From positions 1-64,000 of the forward strand of contig MEDY01000018.1 of the NCBI GenBank assembly GCA_001724265.1: a DNA stretch of 64,000 nt. The letters are read 5' to 3'. The stretch's first letter is position 1, and every line of letters starts with the position of its first letter. Below are positions 46,397 to 56,170 of the stretch, one piece after another. The notes under the pieces were generated by a model, which worked only from the letters and a program-made list of their open reading frames with translations, had not been told where the DNA came from and did no database searches. A program made the translations under genes and the position numbers. Source of the DNA: Rhizaria sp. SCN 62-66 (taxonomy: Eukaryota).

Positions 46397-49300
46397 TCAC
46401 CGCTTCTTGCTCTGGCAGACGCGCCTCTCGGTGGCGAGCTGCGCCTCGACTGACACGAGTCGCTTCAGCAGCGACTGTAGCGCCAGGTGAACCTGCGACG
46501 CCAGCGGCCGCGCGCGCGGGTCCGTCTGCGTGCATGCGCGGACAATAGCTTGTACTTCCCACGGACAGTACATCGGCAGCTCGAGCCACTCGCCCGCCCC
46601 GCCCGCGCCGCCGTCGCCGCCGCCGCCGCCGCTGTTGTCGGAGCTGGTGAAGCTCGGGGTGCAAAGACCGCCGCTCAGGGAGCTGTGATCGGCGGGGGCG
46701 CTCTTGCCGGCGTCGGTGTCGCTGCCAGCGCGCGCGCGCAGGCGCGTGACGCCGGCGGCCGTGGCCGTGGCATTAGCAGCGCGGATGGTGGCCAGTGCGT
46801 CGAACGAGGGCGCCTGTGAGGCGTATATCTCCCACAGCACGATACCGAGCGAGAAGACGTCCGACGGCAAGCCGTACTCGCCCGTGGCGACCTCGGGGGC
46901 CATCCAAGATGCGGTGCCCATCATGCTCGTCATCAGACTGCTCGAGGTGAAGGTCGAGGAGCTGGGCAGAGTGGGGTACGCACTGCCGCCGCCGCTGGCG
47001 GATAAGGGGCTGACGTACGCTGTGAGACGACTGTGGGTGCCGTTGCCAAGAGCGCCCCCGCCGCCGTTGCCGTTGCCGTTGCTGTTTGAGATAGCGCTGC
47101 CGCTGATGGTGACCGTGGGCGTTAGCGGCGAAAGGGAAGCATTGTCGGGGCTCAGCACGCTGATGCTGCTGCTGCTGGTGCCAGGGTCGCTGCCGTTGTT
47201 CGACGACAGCGGCGCAGCAGTGCTAACGGCAGCGACGGACGCATTGCTGTCCCCTCGGCTATTCCCACTCGAGACGGAGTCAGCGTCGGAGCCGGTCGCC
47301 AAAGCAGATACAATAGGGGTCACCGACGGCTTGCCACCGAGAGCGGCGGCGCTAGAGCTGTCGTTGGGAGAGCTCACTGTGCGCGTATCGGCAGAGGGGG
47401 AAGGGGCGACCTTGCCAGCGCACGCCTCGGCCAGCAGCATCGCTGGCGTCTGGGCCACGGCAACGGCGCTCTGAATCGGACTCGCAGTCGCGGTGAAGCA
47501 GCGCTTGCTGCTCAAGACGGCGCTGGTCTTGGCGCCCTTGTCGGTGACGTTGGACTGCGAGGACATGACGATGCGGGAAATGCCGAAGTCGGTCAGCTTA
47601 AGCGTGCCGTCCGCAGCGACGATGTAGTTGGGGGACTTGATGTCGCGGTGGAGGATGCGGTGCGAGTGAAGGAACGCGACAGCAGCGGCAGCGTCACATG
47701 CCAGCCCCGTCTTGGTCGTGAGGGACCATATGTCGTTCGCGCTGCCCGGGCCGCACAAAGCGGCGATACCGCTCTTGTCGGCAGACGCGTTGGGACCCAG
47801 TCTCAGACTGGCGCTGCCATTGCTGACGGGCGTCGAGGGGGTCGCGTCACTGCCACTGTTGTTGTTGCTGATAATGCTGCTGTTCCCGGGGATCCCGGCC
47901 GGCGCCCCCGCCTGCCCACTATGGCCCGCGGTGGCGCCGGAGACCGCGAGCGAGCCTGTGGCGCTGCCCGAGAAGCTCGGCGAGCGGCTGAACGCGGCGC
48001 TGACCGGCGCGGGCACGGCACCGAGGTTGGGGCTGTCGGTGCGGCTCGTGTTGCGCGCAATACCCTTGCCTTGGGGAATGCCTGTGCCGTTTGCGCTGGC
48101 TGTGGAAGCAAGAGTGAAGTTGTCGCCAGCGGTGGTGGTGTTGTCGGTGGCGAGAGTCACGGAGCCGATTGTGACGATGCTAGATGCAAGGGAGCTTGCG
48201 CTGGGTGACCGTGAAATGGAACGCACACTCTGTTGGTCACTGTTACTGGCGTTGCTGCTGTTGGAAGTGTCGCCGGTAGGAGAAGCAAGCGCGGCTGCGC
48301 TGGGCGTCGAGAGAGTGATGCCGGTGTGCAGGGGAAACCACGAGGCCAGAATCGCCTCGTCCGTGTCGCCCACGCGGTCGATGATCTCGCGCTGCGCCTG
48401 GATGCGGTCAAACAGCGACCCGCCCTCACACAGCTAGGTGACTATGGCGACAGCGGGGGGAATCACGCAGAGCCCGTAGCAGCGGACCACGTTGCGGTGC
48501 TTGAGCGCGACGTGCATGACCGTCTCCATGGAGAACGCGCGGATCATCTCGGGCGTCAGATCCATAAAGCGCGTGAAGAACTTAGTCGCCACGTCGCGGC
48601 CCCTGTATCGCGCGCGAAAGACCTTGCTGAACGCGCCCTGGCCGAGGATCGCGTTCGCGTCGACTTTGAGCAGCGAGAACGGGATGATGTGGGCGCGGTT
48701 GTCTTCGATCAGGTCCTGCACTTCCGCCTGCAGCATCATGTCGTCCGCGTCGGCCAAAAGACCGAGCTCCAGCCGGTTCAGCACGGAGGTCTTGGTCGCA
48801 GGCGCAGGCGCGGGGCTAAACAAAATAAAATGAAACATTATTAGACGGCATAAATGAGTGATTAAAAAAATGAAATGTCGTAATAACGAATAAAACAAAA
48901 ATAAACTGTAAAATGAAGCACTTTTTTTCATGGTATTTGCATTATTTTGATGCATTATTTTGATCTTGATAACGAGACGTACGTTCCCGACTTCGAGCCA
49001 AAGATGCACGATTTGGCCTCGGCCTTGGCGCTACCGCTCGCACTCACAATTTGACTGGGAGTTGGGGACTTAACTCTCTCGCTGCCAATGCTGCCAAAGT
49101 TAGCACTGTCGCTGGTAGCAATTGCCTTATCGTGACTATTGATGCTGTTGTTGCCGGCGCAAGTGGGTGGGAGAGGCGTGATCGAGTTGGCCTTTGCACA
49201 AATGAGTCGACACTTGCCCATGCCTCTGGTCGACGCCGACGGCGACACCATCTCACCGCCATACACCTGCGCGACCCCGCTTTCGTCATGAGGATGCGCG

Positions 49301-50997
49301 GCGGCGTAAGCTGCGGCGGCCGCGGCCTCGGTCGCCGGGTCCAAGTCCGCCAGAGACATGCACTCCGCCTCCGCGCCACAGAGGGCGCCGCCGCAGCCGC
49401 CGTCGTCGTCGCCGTTAGCCGCAGCGCTGGCCGCGGCGTTGGCTGCGGCGACCTGGGGGTCGATGGGGTAGTCTGTGATGACGTGGTTGAGACTCTTCTT
49501 CTTGCCGTGACCCTTCGCGTACCCGCCGCTGCCATCACCACTGTGCGCAACAACGCTGACGACAGATCCAGTGGCAACGCTGCCGTCTCTGCTGCTCTTG
49601 CTGCTCGATTTCTTGCTCAGATGGCCGGAGTAGGTCTGCGGCAAGCCCTGGAACTGCTTCTTGCCCGGCGCATTCGCGTGGCCAGCAGCCGCGTTGTGAC
49701 CGTTGTTGCCCGTGTTGCCGTTGCTGGTGTTTTGGCCGAGCGCGGGGAGACTGCCGACGACGATGGGGGGAACATAGCTCCCCGACTGCGAGCGGGGGAA
49801 CTTAGACCGGCTCAAACCGGACTCCGACCTCTCAAGCCCGCCGCCGCCGCCGCCGCCGTGAGTGTCCAACAAAGCAGCGTCTAAGTTATTGCCATTGCCG
49901 CCGTTGTTGTTGTTTTTGGCGCCAGCGTAGTGGCTGTTGAGGCTGCGGTGACTGTGCGCGTACTTTTGACTGCCGTTGTAGTTAGCGTTGTGACCGTTGC
50001 TGGCGTCGCTGTCATCGTAGTCTGCGTGGTCAAAGCTCGCAGTTTGGGCAAGTCCTTCAGAGCCGCGGGTGCCGGTACCGTCGGCGAGCTGCGCGTACGG
50101 CCCCCACGCACTCTTGTTATTGCTGTTAGTGTTGTTGTTGTTGGCGGAAGCGCCAGGGCGGTTGCTCGGGTGCGTGATTGTGCCGTGGGCTAGCACCTGG
50201 GTACTTACACTGCCGCCCTCCTCAAGCGCCTGGAGAGCCTCTAAGTACCCCGACTTGCGGCGCAGCAGCCAGTCCCAGGCGTTGCCAAACTGCCAGTAGT
50301 AGCTGTCGGCACGGACCACGGCGAAGAGCAGCACGGGGAAGACGACGTCACAGACGCTCGAGGGGATGTAGAACAACATTTCGTTCACGGACACGTCTCC
50401 GAGCAGCAGACAGTAGAAAACGACCCAGAGGAGGCGGTAGAAGAACATGTAGAGCGAGAAGGGCACGATGGCGTCGCGCGGGGACATGGGCAGGGCGGGG
50501 AAGCGGGCCGCGATGAGAATGTAGAGGTGGAATAGTACCGAGATGGCGTGGTACGAGATGCAGTAGATGAGGTCGTTCTTCTTGTCAACTGTCACCATAA
50601 GGCCAAAAAAGATGCCTGTAAGGGGCCAGATGGTGGCGTAGCATAGCCCGCGGCGCAGCGCCGACTTGGCGATCGATTTCTGCAGGAAAAGCGTGGCGAA
50701 ACTGCCGCGTGGAAGCTCAAATGCGAGCCAGGTGATGGATTGAACCCACATCGGGACGGTCAGGTACAGGTACGACGCCGAGCTAAGGATCTCGAGCGCG
50801 ATGGTGAACAGGCACATCACCAGGACCGGTTTATAGAACGGCAGCAGGACATATCGCGCGCCGAGCATCTTGCCAGAGCGGGCGAGCTTCTCCTGGTGGC
50901 GCGTCTGCAGCACCAACGAGAGCCCGATCGCGATGCCGATGATGCGGGCAATCAGCGTGATAAGGAACTTGCGCTCCACAAACGTCGAGAACACCAT
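46397..50997 (-). CDS. Seven-transmembrane domain + TKL-type protein kinase (~1477 aa; exons 50997-48983, 48815-46397; in-frame TAG at 48434-48436)
   Basis: About 7 hydrophobic helices ending in RADSYYW; kinase motifs LGQGAFSKV, VATK, HRNVV, IVT*LCEGGSL, HRDIKSPN, DFG, GTASWMAPE, SDVFSLGIVLWE, DPRARP; ends TGA (a further small 3' exon cannot be excluded). Confidence 0.88.
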
Positions 50998-51644
50998 CGG
51001 GGGTCAGCGGACACGAGCGCAGCGGGCTGCGCAGAGACCAAGACTGTGTTTCGAACAAGGAGAGCGTCGAGATGCGATTGTAGCGCGGGCTGCAAGCGCG
51101 GGGTTAAAGCACGCTGGTTCGCGGTATGTGCGGGCTTCAAAAAGAGCCACGTGCACAAGAAAGCGGCTGCGTTCGGTTTGGACGAAGCTGGGAGAGAATA
51201 ATTGGCGGGGGTCGTCGGGTTAGTGAGTGGGACAGAAGTAGTGGATGAGACAGGGGATAGAAAGAAGGCCGAAAGGATAAAATCAGGGCAATACAATAGC
51301 GTGTTGATGTGTTAAATCTGAATTATAATATTTACACCTAAAGTAGTCGTTTTTTCAGAAGATAGCCTCAGAGACGGAATATACAGTTGACAATTGATCT
51401 CACAAGTTTTCGCGTCGTCGACCCTTTGACGACGACAAACCTCACCACGTAGCCCCAGCTAGCTGACTGGAGAGGAGCAATCCGCACAGTTTTGGACAAC
51501 GATATTAAGTCCTCTAAACGTATAGTTTATTTGTAGAATATAATAGCACGTCTTATGTATTATATCTCATGGGCATATGTATTTGTCGATTGTATCTACT
51601 TTAGTTTAACTTTTCCGACTGACGAACGAGAGCGCGCACTGCGA

Positions 51645-52537
51645 ATGTGGTCACGCTCCTTCGCCTCCCCTGCCGGGGCCAAGGCGCCTCCCGCCGGCAC
51701 TGTCTCTCAGTTCGGACTGACGACCGTTCCTGCCTCGCGCGTGACGGCCGGCCTGGGCGGCATTTGGGGCCGTACCATGCCCTTCGCATCCCCCGCGAAG
51801 CCCGCAGCCGCCCCTGCCTCCGCCGCCGCTGCCCCGGCGGCTGCCCCGGCGGCTGCCCCGGCGGCTGCCCCGGGCCCCGCCCGCGCTGCCGCCAACCAGT
51901 CCGTCTCCTTCCGGGCGTCCCCGCTGCTCGCCAGCCAGTCTAGCGCCGACACCGAGCCGTTGCACGCTGAAGAAGCTGCTGCCAGCAAGCCTGTTCTGAA
52001 TGTTGCGAAGACTGACAAGAAGGACAAGAAGGACAAGAAGGACAAGAAAGATAAGAAGGCCGCCGCCGCTAGCGCTGCTGCTGCTGCTCCTGAAGCTGCT
52101 GATGCTGCTGTCAACGACGTTGTCATCAAGATCGAGAAGGTTGTTGAAGTAGTTGCCAACGACAAGGCTGCCAAGCCTCCCCGGGCTAGCAGCAAGTCTG
52201 CTAAGTCCTCCGTCAAGATCCCTCCCGTCAAGATCGAGCCGAACGAGGTGAAGCAAGCGGACGCCGACGACGCCGCTGCGGTTGCGCGCATCGCCAGCAA
52301 TGCGATCAAGCCCACTGAAGCCGCCTCTGCCGCTGCTGCCGCTGCCGCCGCCGCTGCTGCTGCCGCTGCGATGATTGATACTGACGCTGCCCTGGCGCCC
52401 GCGGCTGAAGCTCCTAACCATGTCGCTGTCGCCGCTGCTGATGCTACGACGAAGACGAAAACGAAGGCGACTAAACGCGCCACAGCGTCCGCCGCTGACT
52501 CACAGTCGCAATCATCCTTTGCTGCTGCCGCCGCTGC

Positions 52538-52570
<33 letters not shown>

Positions 52571-52819
52571 GGCTTCCGAGTCAGCAGCAGCAGCACCTGC
52601 GCCTGTGACATCTGTCCCTGCGACCCCGGCACCCAAGGCCAAGCGTCCCCGCGTTGCCAAGACGGCCAACACACCCGCACCTCCATCTGCGAACAGTAGT
52701 AACGGCAACGCCAACTCTGCCTTACGTGATGACGACGTCATGCTCCCCGCTCCCCCCGCTGCGACCACGACTGCTGCTGCTGCGCATGTTGCTGGCGCCA
52801 ACCAGCAGGCGGCCGCGCG

Positions 52820-52859
<40 letters not shown>

Positions 52860-55682
52860 GCGTCTGCCGCTGCCTCTGCCGTGGCCGCGGCGACCGGGGA
52901 CGCATCGGCCGCCGCCGCTGCCGCGGTCAAGACGGAGGCGGCGATGGCGATGATGCTACAGGCCGTGAACGCGATCGCGAACCTCAGCCCAAACACCATG
53001 GGGAGCTTTCACTCTCACTCCAACTCCAGCTCGAGCTCCAACGGCGGTGGGATGATGGGCACTCCTGGGAAGCAGAGGGGCTCCATTGGCGGGAACCTGC
53101 TCGCAATGATGATGTCGCCTGCGAAGCACGATAAGAAGGACAAAAAGGACAAGAAGGAGAAGAAGGACAAAAAGGACAAGAAAGACAAGAAGGAAAGCAG
53201 CAGTCTTGGCGCGAGCACTCCCGCCCATGTCCACAGGAGTGAGAGCAAGAGCAAGGATAGTAACCGCAACAGCGGCCGCGCAATGAACGATGATGACGAC
53301 GACGACGACGGCTATGCTGACAACGACGGCGACGATAACCACAGCTCTGATTCGGCTTCTGCCTCTGCTGCCGCCGCCGCCGCTGCTGCTGCTGCTGCCG
53401 CTCCCGCTGTAGCTGTTGTTGTTGCCCCTCAGGCCCCCGCAGTGCGTTTGACCCGCGAAGAGTAGCAAGTCCAGCGCGCTGCCGCCAAAGAGGCCGCCAC
53501 CGCCGCCAAGGCCGCCGCGAAGCTTGCCGCGAAGGAAGCCGCCGCCGCCGCCAAGGCCGACGCGAAGACCGCCGCCAAGGAGGCCAAGGCGGCCGCGAAG
53601 GCCGATGCCAAGGCCGCCGCTGCCAAGGCCAAGGCCGACGCTAAGCAGGCCGCCCGGGAGGCCGCCGCGCAGGCTAAGGCCGAGGCGCGCGCGGCGGCCA
53701 AGGCTGAGAAGGCGCGGGCGCGGGCGGAAGCCAAGGCGGCGGTCAAGGCAGCGGTCGCGGGCACGATTGCTGCTCTTGGTGCCTCGAGAGGGGCTAACAG
53801 CCGCGAGTCGGCGGTGAAAGTGAAGCTTGAGCCCGGCGCGATTGCCATCGCCACTGGTAACAAGAATAGCAAGAGTACGAACGCGAGTGCGAGCCATGTT
53901 GCTGGCTCTGGCTCTGGCCCGATTGCTCCCAGTCGTGAGTCAAATGCTGGCGCTGAGACCGAGACTGAGTCTGAGTCAGACTCTGATACGGCGTCTGAGA
54001 CAGAATCTGACTCTGGGTCAGACTCAGACTCAGACTCTGATTCTGAGGCTGAGGCTGAGGCTGAGGCATAGGCTGAGGCGTAGGCCCCTGCTTCTGCGTC
54101 TGCGGCTGCGCCCGCGAAGTCTGGCTCCGAGACTGTTTCTGATTCCGACTTAGACTCCGAGACTGACTCTGACAGCGACAGCGACAGAGACGCTGACTAC
54201 GTAAGCAAGGCTTCTCGCCACAGCTCGGCCGCCGCCGCCGCGATCGCCGCCGCCGACGCCGCGGTGAACAAGAGCAAAAAGGCCCATACCCAGGCCCAGG
54301 CTAAAGCCAAGGCTATGGCGGACGATAGCGAGACCGCCTCCGACACTGACTCAGACACTGGCTCTGTCTCTGGTGCGAAAAGCTCTAAGGCGGCGGCCGC
54401 CAAGGCCACTGCTGCTGGCAAGAATGTGATCGCAGTCAAGAAGGAGCCTGCTGTTGCAGTTGTGACGGTCGTCGAGCCCAAGGCGAAACCTCTCACCAAG
54501 GCGCAGCAACAGAAGGCTGCCGCTGCCGCTGCCGCCGCTGCGGCTGCAAACTCTGAGACTGAGTCCGACTCGGACTCGGACTCAGAGCCCCAGTCAAAGA
54601 CGAAGGCTGCGGCAAAGACGGCTGGCTTGACTGGTGCAGCTGACGCAGCTGCTGCGAAGCCTAAGACTTCTACTCGTTAGACAAGCAACGTCGCTGTCAT
54701 CGCAAGTCCTGTCTCTAGCTCTGCTCCAGGATCCGCTACTACTGCTGGCTCTGCCTCTGCCTCTGCATCTGCGTCTGCGTCTGCGTCAAGGTCATCAGCT
54801 CCTGCGACGGCGGCTGCGGCTACGCTGTCCGTGGTGATCGCGCACACTGCCGCCGACCCAGTCATCGCCTCTCTTCCCTCCGTGTCCTCTGCGCTCTCCA
54901 CCGGTACACATGGGGGTACACATACCATCCCAGCTGGTCACCTGATTGCGTCGCGCCACATCCCGGGCGTCACCAACTTTTTTGGTCCTTGCCTCAGCTG
55001 GGCGCCGCGCCCTGTTTGGCCAGCCCACGACCGCGCGTCGCTGGGCGCCGTGGACGCGGTGCTTCCCGTCACGTCACACAGCTTCGTCGCAAAGTTCAGC
55101 AGTAGCTCGAGCAACAACAACAACAGCAGCAGTGACAGCGCAGTCGGCTCAAACTCTCACTCTAACTCTAGCTCTAGCTCTAGTGCGAGTGCGCGTGCGA
55201 GTATGGGTGATGGTGGTAATGCAGCCTCGTCTGGTGACGCCGCAGTCGCTGTCGCAGGCGGCGCAGGCGCAGGCGCAGTTTTGCCCCCGTTGGTGGCGGT
55301 GTACCGCGCTGTGACCAACGCCGCCCGCGCCGCTGCGACGGCCCCGTCGGTGGTGGCTTTCCAGCGGGAGCAACAGGCCGGGTACCGCAACCAGGCCGAC
55401 CGCGTCACGGGGTTCATGGCGCGCGCCGCGCGCTCCCACAACAGTTATAACAGCGGCAGTAGCAGCAGCGGCAGCAGCAATGTGAGGCCGGCGACTGGAG
55501 TGACCGTGAGCAGGGGGAAGAAGGTGTCCGGCCAGGAGTACCCGTACGGGCGGCTTGACTTGTTGACGGCGCCGGTGTGGGAGAGCGCGCTGCGGGACGG
55601 CGCCAGTGCGGGCGGCAAGGTGTGGGAGGACGCGAAGAAGCTTATGAGTGCAACGGCGTTGACGCAGGCTCGTAACGAGTGA
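51645..55682 (+). CDS. Ala/Lys/Ser/acidic low-complexity protein, probably nuclear (1345 aa; four in-frame TAGs at 53463, 54069, 54081, 54678)
   Basis: Track ORFs 51555-53465, 53814-54071, 54264-54680 and 54831-55682 are all in one frame, separated only by TAG, with continuous composition (poly-Ala, KKD repeats, AK-rich helix, SD/SE tracts); ends TGA. Confidence 0.72.
52014..52059 (+). repeat. 9-nt KKD coding repeat (second array at ~53130-53195)
   Basis: (GAC AAG AAG)n encoding DKKDKKDKKDKKDKK. Confidence 0.85.
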
Positions 55683-56170
55683 AAACGAGTGGCTAGATGC
55701 AGTGAACATGCGAACAATAGACGTTGATAGTGAACTGTTCATGATATAAAAGTGTGGCTCTGTGGAATAATCGCCTAAACTTAATATTTATTGCTTTGTA
55801 ATACATCTATAGTCGAATATATACACCTTGATACCGCGTGTAATTTTGTTTTATGAGTTGAACTCACTGGTCAACGGGCGAGAGGCTCTTGGCAGTCCTT
55901 CAGCCACCTGACTAAATGTGTGTACCATGACTCAGAATGACCGTCAACAGTTGAACCACGAGACACCACATATTATTTATGTAACTAAATATCATTATTC
56001 TTTTTATTCGCTGCTCTAATATCGATTTACCTATTGTACTGCGACCTTTGCGACCGCGCACAGCTCTCGGGAACAAAGCCCGCCAGTCCCGGCTTTCCCC
56101 CTCTGACCCGCCCCTCGGCGCTTCAACCCACCACGAACTCTCTTTGCCTCGCCAACCCCCCGCGCCAAGA

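Noticed and set aside
48434-48436. Pyrrolysine or motif-programmed readthrough as the explanation for TAG
   Set aside because: No pyl genes or shared downstream signal in the window. The contexts are ordinary Glu/Gln positions and the DNA is eukaryotic.
51413-51434. Small hairpin CGTCGTCGA-CCCT-TTGACGACG and recurring TCGA motifs in intergenic spacers
   Set aside because: Too short to distinguish from chance.
10377-55682. Reading the TAG-interrupted genes as pseudogenes or as G-to-T sequencing errors
   Set aside because: All eight interruptions are TAG, with no TAA/TGA or frameshift. Catalytic motifs are intact on both sides and no gene ends in TAG. This is disfavoured, but not formally excluded without reads.
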